64,000 nucleotides of DNA from an uncultured Hyphomicrobiales bacterium (GTDB lineage Bacteria; Pseudomonadota; Alphaproteobacteria; Rhizobiales; Xanthobacteraceae): contig CAIRGJ010000013.1 in assembly GCA_903878085.1 (NCBI GenBank), positions 17,456-81,455 on the forward strand, read 5' to 3'. How positions within the stretch are numbered: position 1 is the first letter of the stretch; each line of letters opens with the position of its first letter. Of this stretch, positions 17,492-27,453 are shown in pieces. The notes beneath the pieces are model-generated. The model made no database searches, was not told the DNA's origin, and saw only the letters and a program-made list of their open reading frames with translations. A program made the translations under genes and the position numbers.

Positions 17492-18070
17492 TCAGGCGGC
17501 GCGCGGGCCGTGTTGCCGCATGCGTGTCGCGCGACGATCTTGTGCCACCAAGGCGGCCAGGTCGGGTTTCGGCTCAAGCCGGCCGACCGCGCCGATCATG
17601 CCGCGTGCGCCGTCAAGCGCGCCGGCCTTCAACTCGCGGCCGAGCAGGCGGTGGCGCTCGAACGGTCCCGGCATCCACAGCGCGCTGGTCTTCGCACCCG
17701 AAAAGCCGAAGCGGCTGTAGTATTCCGGGTCGCCGACGAGGACGATGGCCGCATAGCCGAGCTTGCGTGCGGTCTGGATCGCACGGCGCACCATCGCAGC
17801 CCCGAGTCCCCGGCTGCGGCAGTCTTCCGCCACCGCTACCGGGCCGAGCAGCAACGCGGACTGGCCATTGCCGCAGGCAATGTTCCACAGCCGTGCCGTC
17901 CCGATCACGCGCTTGCCTTCGGCGGCGATGAACGAGAGGCCTTCGGCCGGCAGACGGTCCTCGCGCAGCCGTTCCGACGACTTGCGATAACGCGTCTCGC
18001 CGAAGGCCTGGTCGAGCAGGGCTTCGCGGGCGTCGATGTCGGACAGTCGTTCAGTACGAATTGTGGTCAT
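17492..18070 (-). CDS. GNAT N-acetyltransferase (YhbS-like)
   Basis: LLGPVAV, RSRGLGAAMV acetyl-CoA motif, VLVGDPEYYSRFGF. Confidence 0.88.
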   Translation of the reverse strand: MTTIRTERLSDIDAREALLDQAFGETRYRKSSERLREDRLPAEGLSFIAAEGKRVIGTARLWNIACGNGQSALLLGPVAVAEDCRSRGLGAAMVRRAIQTARKLGYAAIVLVGDPEYYSRFGFSGAKTSALWMPGPFERHRLLGRELKAGALDGARGMIGAVGRLEPKPDLAALVAQDRRATRMRQHGPRAA

Positions 18071-18189
18071 GGCAGTTCCTTCCCCGCCCGGGACGCGCGC
18101 AAGCGCGCGCCCACGAGCGCCGTCAGTTCGAATGATGAGGAAAGGGGGAGGCGGCTCACCGCCTCCCTTAACCGTCAGATGTGGCGACC

Positions 18190-19320
18190 TTAGATGTGAT
18201 AGGTCTTCAGCGGCGGGAAGCCGTTGAACGCCACCGCCGAGTAGGTCGCCGTGTAGGCGCCGGTGCCTTCGATCAGCACCCGGTCCCCGATCTCCAGGCT
18301 GACCGGGAGCGGGTAGGGCTGCTTCTCGTACAGCACGTCGGCCGAGTCGCAGGTCGGTCCCGCCAGGACGCAAGGCGCCATGGCATCGCCGTCCCGCGGC
18401 GTCTTGATCGGGTAGCGGATCGACTCATCCATCGTTTCGGCGAGACCGCCGAACTTGCCGATGTCGAGGTAGACCCAGCGCACGTCATCTTCCTCGCTCT
18501 TTTTGGAGACGAGGACGACTTCGCTCTCGATCACGCCGGCATTGCCGACCATTCCGCGTCCCGGCTCGATGATCGTTTCCGGGATCTGGTTGCCGAAGTG
18601 CTTGCGCAGCGCCTTGAAGATCGCCGAGCCGTAGGTTTTCACCGACGGCACGTTCTTCAGGTACTTGGTCGGGAAGCCGCCGCCCAGGTTGACCATGGCC
18701 AGGTTCATGCCGCGTTCGCCGCATTCCTTGAACACCGCGGCCGCAGACGCGAGCGCACGGTCCCAGGCATGCTGGTTACGCTGCTGCGAACCGACATGGA
18801 ACGACACACCGTGCGGTTCCAGCCCCGCCTTGAGGGCATGTTCCAGCACGTCCACAGCCATTCCCGGCTCGCAGCCGAACTTGCGCGACAGCGGCCATTC
18901 CGCGCCGGCACAGTCCGACAGGATGCGGCAGAACACCTTGGAGCCGGGCGCCGCGCGGGCGACCTTCTCCACCTCGGCCTTGCAGTCGACCGCGTACAGC
19001 CGGACGCCGAGCGCGAAAGCGCGGGCGATGTCCCGCTCCTTCTTGATCGTGTTGCCGTACGAGATGCGGTCGGCGGTGGCGCCGGCAGCGAGCACCATCT
19101 CGATCTCGGCGACCGAGGCAGTGTCGAAGCAGGAGCCAAGCTTGGCCAACAGCGTGAGGACCTCCGGCGCCGGGTTTGCCTTGACGGCGTAGAACACGCG
19201 CGTGTCGGGCAAAGCCTTGGCGAAGGCGGTGTAGTTATCTTTGACCACGTCGAGATCGACGACCAGGCAAGGCCCGTCGTCGGTGCGGTTACGCAGAAAT
19301 TCGCGGATGCGCTCCGTCAT
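18190..19320 (-). CDS. odc: Ornithine/lysine decarboxylase (type III PLP fold)
   Basis: FYAVKAN (PLP Lys), FDTAS, SFHVGSQ, NLGGGF, GPTCDS. Confidence 0.92.
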   Translation of the reverse strand: MTERIREFLRNRTDDGPCLVVDLDVVKDNYTAFAKALPDTRVFYAVKANPAPEVLTLLAKLGSCFDTASVAEIEMVLAAGATADRISYGNTIKKERDIARAFALGVRLYAVDCKAEVEKVARAAPGSKVFCRILSDCAGAEWPLSRKFGCEPGMAVDVLEHALKAGLEPHGVSFHVGSQQRNQHAWDRALASAAAVFKECGERGMNLAMVNLGGGFPTKYLKNVPSVKTYGSAIFKALRKHFGNQIPETIIEPGRGMVGNAGVIESEVVLVSKKSEEDDVRWVYLDIGKFGGLAETMDESIRYPIKTPRDGDAMAPCVLAGPTCDSADVLYEKQPYPLPVSLEIGDRVLIEGTGAYTATYSAVAFNGFPPLKTYHI

Positions 19321-19499
19321 GGATGCACACTCCCAGCTCAAGAAGCGGCTATAGCCGCTCGATTTCGAGGTTTAGGAGCCTGCTGACGGTGCGCGATGGG
19401 GACGCAGCCGAAAGCGCGAGCTCGTAAACCGCAAGTAGCTGCCTTGGCTTGGAGGGGAGGCCCCGCCGCGCTGCTGGCAATGATGGACAAGCCTCGTCG

Positions 19500-19620
19500 G
19501 TGACCCGTCGCTGGCGGTGGAAGGCCAGCAGAGACCAAAGAAGCCCGTTCCGTCGTTGCTTTAAGTCGCGTCCCCTGCGGAGAGCAGAGTGCGCCGGTTT
19601 CGCCTCCGGCTGCCAATCAG
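19500..19620 (-). ncRNA. speF-type cis-regulatory leader RNA (boundaries approximate)
   Basis: Minus strand GCCGGAGGCGAAACCGGC..GCAGGGGACGCGACTTAAAGCAACGACGG in a ~420-nt 5' UTR of the decarboxylase; matches my recollection of the alphaproteobacterial speF motif; needs an Rfam scan. Confidence 0.6.
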
Positions 19621-19847
19621 AAGACTTGAGGCTACTTACTCTCCCCGTGGGGAGGAGCTCGCTTACCTCAGGCGGCTGGCGGGCCTCTTGTCCCGCTACC
19701 TACCGATTGACACACGACCACAGGCACGTGCGAAGTGGGCAAAATTGAAATAACATTTTTTTCGCGCTGTGCAAGCGATTTAATTCGCCGCGCGAAAGTC
19801 TTCCTTAATTTTTTCGGGATCGCTCGCCGCTTCGCGAGCCTCGCCGC

Positions 19848-20105
19848 TCAGCCGCGCGCGGTGAACGGCTCGATGCGGTGCGCGTAGCGGATGAACTGCG
19901 CCATCACGGCGATCCCGCACAGCACGAAGACGCCGTCGAGGATGCGCTGACCGAGCGAGCCCAGATCGAACAGCGTGGCGAGCGCCCAGGAGCCGGCGAA
20001 GGCCGCGCCGAACACTTCGGCGCCGATCAAAATGGCGGCGCTGACGACGGTGACGACGTTGAGCCAGACGATGCGGCGGCCGGCCTTATTGTCAGATTGA
20101 GCCAT
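19848..20105 (-). CDS. Small two-TM hypothetical protein
   Basis: 85 aa with SD GGAG; two hydrophobic helices. Confidence 0.75.
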   Translation of the reverse strand: MAQSDNKAGRRIVWLNVVTVVSAAILIGAEVFGAAFAGSWALATLFDLGSLGQRILDGVFVLCGIAVMAQFIRYAHRIEPFTARG

Positions 20106-20182
20106 GGCGAACTCCCTTAGGTGGCCGCAATCAACCCGAATCCGGCCGCCGGATCAAGTCCATAGCGGACGCTCCGGCGCGT

Positions 20183-20196
20183 TTGATCTGGCGCAT
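20183..20196 (+). promoter_or_regulatory. FixK/FNR-type box (one mismatch)
   Basis: TTGA-TCTGGC-GCAT centred 41.5 nt before the ATPase ATG; TAAAGT at 20217-20222. Confidence 0.5.
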
Positions 20197-20230
20197 GGCG
20201 GCCTTGGCGGCAAGCGTAAAGTGTCGCCCC

Positions 20231-22069
20231 ATGACCCTGTCAGCCGCGCTCAAATACGTCCGGCCCTTGCTCGCAGTCCTCGTCGCCGCGGGACTGGTGG
20301 CGGGTCTTGCCGCCAGGTTCGCGGGCGCGGGCGGATGGTCCGGAACCATCTGGGCCGCCGTCACGCTGCCGGTGCTGACGGCGCTGCTGGTCGAGATCGT
20401 GACCAGTTTGCGGCGCGGCGACGTCGGGCTCGACATCGTCGCGGCGCTGTCGATGACGGCAGCGCTGGTGGTTGGCGAGGAACTCGCCGCCGCCATCGTG
20501 GCGCTGATGTATGCCGGCGGCCAATATCTCGAGGCCTTCGCCGAGCGGCACGCCCGCCGCGAGATGACCGCGCTGCTGTCGCGGGTGCCACGCAGCGCCA
20601 TGCGCCACCGCGACGGCCTGTTGGAGGAGGTCGCGCTCGATCTCATCCTGCCGGGCGACCGGCTGCTGATCCGCCAAGGCGACGTGGTGCCGGTGGACGG
20701 CACCGTGGCCGGCGGTGTCGGCGTGCTCGACCAGTCGGCGCTGACCGGCGAAGCCATGCCGGTTCAGTTGATAGCCGGCAGCGCGGTCCTGAGCGGTTCG
20801 ACCAATGTTGGCGACGCCTTCGATCTGTTGGCGTCGCGGCTGGCGGCGGAAAGCACCTATGCCGGCGTCGTGCGCCTGGTGGAGGCGGCGCAGCGCTCGC
20901 GTGCGCCGATGGCGCGCATGGCGGACCGCTACGCCATCGTCTTTCTCGGCGTGACGTTGGTGCTGGCATTTGCGGCCTGGTGGCTCACCGGCGACCCGGT
21001 GCGGGCGGTGGCCGTGCTGGTGGTGGCGACGCCGTGTCCGCTGATTCTGGCGGTGCCGGTGGCCATCGTCGCCGGCCTCTCGCGCGCGGCCAAGCTCGGC
21101 ATCCTGATCAAGGGCGGCAAGGCAATCGAGACCCTGGCGCGGGTGCGGGCGATGGTCATCGACAAGACCGGCACGCTGACCGTGGGTCAGGCCAAGCTCG
21201 TGTCGATCCGGGTGGTCGACGGCATGACGCCGGACGAGCTGCTGCGGATTGCCGCCTCGCTCGATCAGGCTTCCAAGCACATTATCGCGCAGACCATCGT
21301 CGCCGAGGCGCATAGCAAGGGTCTGCCGCTGGCGGTCCCGACCGATGTGGTGGAAACGGCGGGCGAAGGCATTGTCGGCCGGGTCGACGGCCGTCAGGTC
21401 ATCGTCGGGGGGCTGCACTTCATCGCCAGCCAGATTGCCGAAACCACCCATGTGATGTTGGGCCACGAGCGGCCGCCGGGCGCGCTGGCGGCGGCCGTGG
21501 CGATCGACGGCAAGCTCGCCGGCGTGCTGGTGCTCGCCGACGAACTACGCGCCGGCACTGAGAAACTGTTGGCTGACTTGCGCGAACTCGGCATCGAACG
21601 GATCGTGCTGGCGACCGGCGACCGGCACGAGGTCGCGAAATTCTTCAGCGCCGGTCTCGCCATCGATCTGGTGCGGTCCGAGCTCACGCCCGATCAGAAG
21701 GTTCTGGTGGTGCTGTCGGAGCGCAAGAATGGCCCGGTGATGATGATCGGGGACGGCGTCAACGATGCGCCGGCGCTCGCTGCCGCCGACCTCGGGATAG
21801 CCATGGGCGCCAGGGGAACCGCAGCCTCAGCCGAGGCGGCCGACGTGGTGCTGCTGGTCGATCACCTCGACCGCGTGCTGCCCGCCATCAAAATCGCGCG
21901 GCGCTCGCGCACCATCGCGCTGCAAAGCGTCACCGCCGGCATCGGGCTGTCCTTTGCCGCCATGATCGCGGCCGCGTTCGGCTACATCGTGCCGGTCGAG
22001 GGCGCGCTGCTGCAGGAGGTGATCGACGTGGCGGTCATCCTCAACGCGCTACGCGCCCTTCGGGCGTAG
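20231..22069 (+). CDS. Heavy-metal P-type ATPase, P1B-5-like, no hemerythrin domain
   Basis: TPCP, DKTGT, GDGVNDAPAL, QEVID in the last TM. Confidence 0.88.
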   Translation: MTLSAALKYVRPLLAVLVAAGLVAGLAARFAGAGGWSGTIWAAVTLPVLTALLVEIVTSLRRGDVGLDIVAALSMTAALVVGEELAAAIVALMYAGGQYLEAFAERHARREMTALLSRVPRSAMRHRDGLLEEVALDLILPGDRLLIRQGDVVPVDGTVAGGVGVLDQSALTGEAMPVQLIAGSAVLSGSTNVGDAFDLLASRLAAESTYAGVVRLVEAAQRSRAPMARMADRYAIVFLGVTLVLAFAAWWLTGDPVRAVAVLVVATPCPLILAVPVAIVAGLSRAAKLGILIKGGKAIETLARVRAMVIDKTGTLTVGQAKLVSIRVVDGMTPDELLRIAASLDQASKHIIAQTIVAEAHSKGLPLAVPTDVVETAGEGIVGRVDGRQVIVGGLHFIASQIAETTHVMLGHERPPGALAAAVAIDGKLAGVLVLADELRAGTEKLLADLRELGIERIVLATGDRHEVAKFFSAGLAIDLVRSELTPDQKVLVVLSERKNGPVMMIGDGVNDAPALAAADLGIAMGARGTAASAEAADVVLLVDHLDRVLPAIKIARRSRTIALQSVTAGIGLSFAAMIAAAFGYIVPVEGALLQEVIDVAVILNALRALRA

Positions 22070-22099
22070 CGCCTTCCTATCGCGCCCGTTCCGCACTAA

Positions 22100-24175
22100 A
22101 TGGACGGGATGAACCAATTGCCATCGTCCCCCGATACCCAAAATCCGCTGCTCGCCGACTGGACCGCGGCCTTCGGCCTGCCGCCGTTCGGCGCCATCGG
22201 CCCCGAGCACTTCCGTCCCGCCTTCGACCGGGCGCTGGCCGCGCACCGCGCCGAGCTCGACGCTATCGCCGCCGACAAGGCGGAACCGGGCTTCGCCAAC
22301 ACCATCGAGGCGCTGGAGCGGAGCGGCCGCGCGCTCGACCGAGTCTCGAATGTGTTCTTCGTGCTGACGGGGGCCGAGACCGGCGACGCCCTCGAGGCGG
22401 TCGAGCGCGACGTCTCGCCGCTGCTCGCCCGCCACAGCAACGCGATGTATCTCGACCGCGCGCTCTATGCCCGCATCGCTAGCCTCTACCAGCGTCGCGC
22501 TACACTCGGGCTCAACGCCGAGCAGGCCCGCGTGCTCGAGCGCTATCACACCCGATTCGTCCGCGCCGGCGCCGCGCTCGACAAGCCGGCCCAGGACCGG
22601 CTCGCCGCCATCAATGAGCGGCTGGCGAGCCTCGGCACGCAATTTGGCCAGAATGTCCTCGCGGACGAGAAAGCCTATGCGCTGATCCTGGAGGAGGCAG
22701 ACCTCGACGGCCTGCCGGATTTTGCCCGCGACGCGGCGCGCGCCGCAGCCGAGGAGCGCGGCCAGCCGAGCAAATACGCCATCACGCTGGCGCGTTCGTC
22801 CTGCGAGGGCTTCATCCAGTTCTCCAGCCGCCGCGACCTGCGTGAGAAAGTGTTCCACGCCTGGATCCGGCGCGGCGAAAATGGCGGAGCCACCGACAAC
22901 CGGGCGCCGATCGCCGAGATGATTCGCTTGCGTGCCGAGCGGGCCAGGTTGCTCGGTTACAAGACCTTCGCCGACTACCGGCTCGACGATCAGATGGCCA
23001 AGACCCCGCAGGCGGCGCGCAAGCTGCTCGACGAGGTCTGGGGCCGCGCCCGCATCAAGGCCGGCGTCGATCGCGATGCGCTGCAAAAAATGATCGCCGA
23101 CGAGGGTGGCAATTTCGCCCTCGCGCCGTGGGACTGGCGCTACTACGCCGAAAAGCTGCGCAAGGCGCAGTACGACTTGGACGAGGCCGAGATCAAGCCG
23201 TACTTCCAACTCGACAAGATGGTGGAGGCTGCCTTCGAGACCGCGCGCCGGCTGTTCGGGCTGACGTTCTCAGCCGTCGACGTGCCGCTCTATCACCCGG
23301 ACGCGCGCGCCTGGGAGGTCAAGGACGAGGCCGGCCGTCATGTCGGCCTGTTCATCGGCGACTACTTCGCCCGCGGTTCCAAGCACTCCGGCGCCTGGAT
23401 GACGCTGCTGCGCGATCAGGAGAAGCTCACCGGCAATGTTCGCCCGATCATCCTGAACGTCTGCAATTTCTCCAAGCCGGCGGCGGGCGAGCCTGCGCTG
23501 CTGTCGTTCGACGACGCCCGCACGCTGTTCCACGAGTTCGGCCATGGCCTGCATGGCCTGATGTCGGACGTGACCTATCCGCTGCTGGCGGGAACGTCGG
23601 TGGCCAGCGATTTCGTCGAACTGCCGTCGCAGCTCTACGAGCACTGGCTGGAAGTGCCGGAGATTTTGCAGAAATACGCTCTGCACGCGCGCACCGGCAA
23701 GCCGATGCCGAAGGCGTTGCTCGACCGCCTGCTGGCAACCCGCACCTTCAACCAGGGCTTCGGCATCGTCGAATACACCGCCAGCGCGCTGGTCGATCTC
23801 GACATTCATGCGGTGGAAGAGCCGGGCACGCTCGATATTGACGCCTTCGAGCGCAAGACGCTCGATGCGTTGCAGATGCCGGCGGAGATCGTGATGCGGC
23901 ACCGGCTGCCGCATTTCCAACATCTGTTCTCCGGCGGCGGCTATGCCGCGGCCTATTACTCTTACCTATGGTCGGAAGTGCTGGACGCCGACGCCTTCGA
24001 CGCCTTCGCCGAGACTGGCGACGCATTTGATCCGGCGACGGCAAAAAGACTGCGGGACTTCATCTACACGGCCGGCAATCTGCGCGACCCGAGCGAGGCC
24101 TACATCGCGTTCCGCGGCCGCTTGCCGGCGGTCGATGCCTTGCTCAAGAAGCGCGGCATCGCCGACGCCGCGTGA
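22100..24175 (+). CDS. dcp: M3 family peptidyl-dipeptidase Dcp
   Basis: NPLL N-terminus, GAW, FHEFGHGLH, DFVELPSQ, YYSYLWSEV. Confidence 0.92.
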   Translation: MDGMNQLPSSPDTQNPLLADWTAAFGLPPFGAIGPEHFRPAFDRALAAHRAELDAIAADKAEPGFANTIEALERSGRALDRVSNVFFVLTGAETGDALEAVERDVSPLLARHSNAMYLDRALYARIASLYQRRATLGLNAEQARVLERYHTRFVRAGAALDKPAQDRLAAINERLASLGTQFGQNVLADEKAYALILEEADLDGLPDFARDAARAAAEERGQPSKYAITLARSSCEGFIQFSSRRDLREKVFHAWIRRGENGGATDNRAPIAEMIRLRAERARLLGYKTFADYRLDDQMAKTPQAARKLLDEVWGRARIKAGVDRDALQKMIADEGGNFALAPWDWRYYAEKLRKAQYDLDEAEIKPYFQLDKMVEAAFETARRLFGLTFSAVDVPLYHPDARAWEVKDEAGRHVGLFIGDYFARGSKHSGAWMTLLRDQEKLTGNVRPIILNVCNFSKPAAGEPALLSFDDARTLFHEFGHGLHGLMSDVTYPLLAGTSVASDFVELPSQLYEHWLEVPEILQKYALHARTGKPMPKALLDRLLATRTFNQGFGIVEYTASALVDLDIHAVEEPGTLDIDAFERKTLDALQMPAEIVMRHRLPHFQHLFSGGGYAAAYYSYLWSEVLDADAFDAFAETGDAFDPATAKRLRDFIYTAGNLRDPSEAYIAFRGRLPAVDALLKKRGIADAA

Positions 24176-24209
24176 CGCCGTCAGTTCGTAGCGAGGCGCC
24201 GCACCGCCT

Positions 24210-24971
24210 TTATTGCCAGGGGCAATAGGCGACGCATTGACCGTAGGATCCGCCTTCGATCGTTTCGACGTCTTCCCACACTAATTGGCAACCGTCCTCG
24301 GTCCGCCCGTCGCAATAAGGCTCCGGCGCCTGGATGTAGGCGTAAGGGTAGAATTCGGCGGCGCCGACCGCGATGGTGCCGAGTGCGCCGAGCGCGACAA
24401 AGGTCCGCCAGCCGTTGCCGCGCCGTACACGATAGCCGCTGCGCCAGACGGAATAGTTGCGGCCCTGAATCGATGTCCGTCCGACGCCGCGCGCGGGCAC
24501 GCTGCGAATGCGGGCGGCGCGAACGACGGTCGAGTTGCTGCCGCGCGGGGTGAAGGCACGGTTGGCCGGCCGCGCCGCGGTGTTCGGTGCGATGATGCGC
24601 GGTGCGGTTGTCGCCGGGGCGTTGGTCCTCGGACCAACCACCCTCGCCGGCGCCACATTCCGTTGCCCGCCACCTTGCGGCACAGCTTGGCGCTGGATCA
24701 CGCGGGGGGCGGGGGCGACCCGCTGTACCGGAGCGACGCGCATCGGGGCTTGGCGCGGGGCGACGCGAACCGGCGCTGGCCGAACCGGGGCGGCGCGCGG
24801 CGCCTGCCGTGGTGCGGCGTTTTTGGGGCGTGCGTTTTTATTGTTGTCGGCCGGCGTGAGTTGCGCCGAAAGTTCGGTGGTGGCAGCCGCGCCATCGCGC
24901 GCCAGCGCCGGAAACGAAACCGCGGCGACGGCAAGCGCGCCCGCGGTGATCAGCATCAGGCCCTGTCGCAT
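24210..24971 (-). CDS. Secreted Pro/Arg-rich protein with C-terminal 4-Cys domain
   Basis: Signal MRQGL..ALA; low-complexity APR repeats; YCDG..GC..QCVAYCPW. Confidence 0.75.
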   Translation of the reverse strand: MRQGLMLITAGALAVAAVSFPALARDGAAATTELSAQLTPADNNKNARPKNAAPRQAPRAAPVRPAPVRVAPRQAPMRVAPVQRVAPAPRVIQRQAVPQGGGQRNVAPARVVGPRTNAPATTAPRIIAPNTAARPANRAFTPRGSNSTVVRAARIRSVPARGVGRTSIQGRNYSVWRSGYRVRRGNGWRTFVALGALGTIAVGAAEFYPYAYIQAPEPYCDGRTEDGCQLVWEDVETIEGGSYGQCVAYCPWQ

Positions 24972-25081
24972 CGGTATTTCCTTCCCGAATAAAGCTGATT
25001 TATTGGAAATCACTATATGCCACTTCGCGTGCGAAATGTGGTTTATGGCGCCATGCGACACTTTATGCGCTGGGAATAAAT

Positions 25082-26692
25082 ATGGATCTGCATACCGCCG
25101 GACATCGCCGCGGCGTCGTCTGCGCCCCGCATGGCGCGGCGGTCGAGGACGGCCGCGCCATCCTGGCCGAGGGCGGCAACGCCATCGAGGCGATGATCGC
25201 GATGGCGGCGTCGATTGCCGCGGTCTATCCGCACATGAACCATATCGGCGGCGACGGCTTCTGGCTGATCCGCGAACCGTCCGGCCGCGTGCGCGCCATC
25301 ATGGGCGCTGGCCGCGCCGGGGCGAAAGCCACGCGGCAATTCTATCGCGACGCGGGCCATCACGAGATTCCGGCGCGGGGGCCGCTGGCTGCGCTCACGG
25401 TGCCCGGCGCGGTGGCCGGCTGGATGCTCGCGGTCGAAGCCGCCAAGGCACAGACCGGCAAAAGTTCGGGCGCCAGACTACCGCTGCATGTGTTGCTGGA
25501 AGCCGCCATCAAGCATGCCCGCGAGGGCTACACGGTGACGCGCAGCCAGGCGCAATTGACCGTCGAGAAATATGCCGAGTTGGAGACCGCGCCCGGCTTC
25601 ATGAATGCGTTCCTGCTCGACGGCAAACCGCCCGAAGCGGGCAGTAGGCTCAAGCAGCCGGCATTTGCGGCGACGCTCGACCAACTCGCCAATGCCGGAC
25701 TGCAAGACTTCTATCGCGGCGACGTCGGCCGCGAGATCGCCGCCGATCTTGAGCGCATCGGCAGTCCGGTGACGCGCGCCGACCTGGAAAAATACGAGGC
25801 GCGGATCGCCGAGCCGCTCAGCGTGAAGATCGGCGCCGGCACGCTCTACAACACGCCGCCGCCGACGCAAGGCTTGGCGTCGCTGATGATCTTGGGCCTG
25901 TTCGACCGGCTGCGCATCGCGAAGGCCGAAAGCTTCGAGCATATCCACGGCCTGATCGAGGCCACCAAGCGCGCCTTCATCGTGCGCGACCGCTTTGTCA
26001 CCGATCCGGACAAGATCGACGGTAATCTCACGCACTTCCTCGATAAGAAATATCTCGACAGCGAAGCCGGCAAGATCGATCCGAAGAAAGCCGCCAAATG
26101 GCCGGCGGCTGACGCGAAGGGCGACACCATCTGGATGGGCGCGGCCGACGCCAGCGGGCTGGTCGTCTCCTATATCCAATCGATCTATTGGGAATTCGGC
26201 TCCGGCTGCGTGCTGCCTAAGACCGGCGTGCTGATGCAGAACCGCGGCTCGAGCTTCTCGCTCGATCCAAAGGCAGTCAACGCGCTCGAGCCCGGCCGCC
26301 GGCCGTTCCACACGCTCAATCCGGCGCTGGCGGTCCTCAAGGACGGCCGTGTCGTCGCGTACGGTACGATGGGCGGCGATGGACAACCTCAGACCCAGGC
26401 CGCGGTCTTCAGCCGTCACATTCTGTTCGGCCAGCCGCTGGACCAGGCGCTCGACGCGCCGCGCTGGCTGCTCGGCCGCACCTGGGGCTCAAGCAACACC
26501 AACCTGCGGCTTGAATCCCGGTTCGATGAAGGCTTGATCGATCGGCTGATGTCGGTTGGCCACGACGTTGAAGTGATTGGCCAAAGCCATTCCGACACCA
26601 TGGGCCACGCCGGCGCCGTCATATTGCATCCCAATGGCACGCTGGAGGGCGGCCACGACCCCCGTGCCGACGGCGGGGCGGCGGGCGTTTAA
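25082..26692 (+). CDS. ggt: Gamma-glutamyltransferase family protein
   Basis: GGNAIEA, GGDGF, GDT nucleophile, QNRGSSF, PFHTLNP, GTMGGDGQPQ, DPRADG. Confidence 0.92.
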   Translation: MDLHTAGHRRGVVCAPHGAAVEDGRAILAEGGNAIEAMIAMAASIAAVYPHMNHIGGDGFWLIREPSGRVRAIMGAGRAGAKATRQFYRDAGHHEIPARGPLAALTVPGAVAGWMLAVEAAKAQTGKSSGARLPLHVLLEAAIKHAREGYTVTRSQAQLTVEKYAELETAPGFMNAFLLDGKPPEAGSRLKQPAFAATLDQLANAGLQDFYRGDVGREIAADLERIGSPVTRADLEKYEARIAEPLSVKIGAGTLYNTPPPTQGLASLMILGLFDRLRIAKAESFEHIHGLIEATKRAFIVRDRFVTDPDKIDGNLTHFLDKKYLDSEAGKIDPKKAAKWPAADAKGDTIWMGAADASGLVVSYIQSIYWEFGSGCVLPKTGVLMQNRGSSFSLDPKAVNALEPGRRPFHTLNPALAVLKDGRVVAYGTMGGDGQPQTQAAVFSRHILFGQPLDQALDAPRWLLGRTWGSSNTNLRLESRFDEGLIDRLMSVGHDVEVIGQSHSDTMGHAGAVILHPNGTLEGGHDPRADGGAAGV

Positions 26693-26710
26693 CCAAATTC
26701 AATCGCGCAT

Positions 26711-26731
26711 ATACGCAATACTGTTACATGC
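26711..26731. promoter_or_regulatory. Putative Zur box
   Basis: ATACGCAATACTGTTACATGC; 15/21 identical to the znuA box. Confidence 0.55.
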
Positions 26732-26767
26732 CACCTTTACGCCTCACTCCATGATATTGTGCCGCCC

Positions 26768-27406
26768 ATGATCACTCGCATCCTCGTTCTCGCTTTGTTG
26801 AGCCTCGCTTTCGTCGCCCCCGCGCGGGCGCATCCGCATGTCTGGGTGACGATGAAAAGCGAGGTCGTCTATGGCCCCGACGGCACCGCCACCGGCATCC
26901 GTCACGCCTGGTCGTTCGACGACATGTTCTCGGCCTTCGCCACGCAAGGCCTGGACAGCAAGGAGAAGGGCAAGTTCACCCGCGACGAGCTGGCGCCGCT
27001 CGCCAAAGTGAATATCGAGTCGCTGAAGGAATATGACTATTTCACCTACGCCATGGCCGACGGCAACAAAGCGGCGATGGCCGATCCGTTGCCGGACTAT
27101 TGGCTCGACTACCAGGACCAGGTCCTGATCTTGCACTTCACCGTGCCGTTCAAGACGCCGGTGAAGGCAAAACTGCTCAAGGTCGACATCTACGATCCGA
27201 CGATTTTCGTCGATTTCGCGTTCGACAAGAAGTCGCCGGTGCAGCTCGTCAACGCTCCGAACGGCTGCAAGCTCGACGTTGCGCTGCCGCGCGAGATGAC
27301 CTTCGCCGAAGGCAAGGCGCTTTCCCAAATTCCGGCGGACCAGACCAACACGACGATGGCTTTCGGCGCCCAGTTCGCCAATAAAATCCTGGTGAATTGT
27401 CCGTAA
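26768..27406 (+). CDS. DUF1007 family periplasmic protein (ZevA-like)
   Basis: Signal peptide then AHPHVW; WSFDDMFS; YDPTIFVDF. Confidence 0.85.
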   Translation: MITRILVLALLSLAFVAPARAHPHVWVTMKSEVVYGPDGTATGIRHAWSFDDMFSAFATQGLDSKEKGKFTRDELAPLAKVNIESLKEYDYFTYAMADGNKAAMADPLPDYWLDYQDQVLILHFTVPFKTPVKAKLLKVDIYDPTIFVDFAFDKKSPVQLVNAPNGCKLDVALPREMTFAEGKALSQIPADQTNTTMAFGAQFANKILVNCP

Positions 27407-27453
27407 GATTTTTGCGTTCCGCGGGGGCGGCGTGTGCAGGGGAAAATCTTGAC

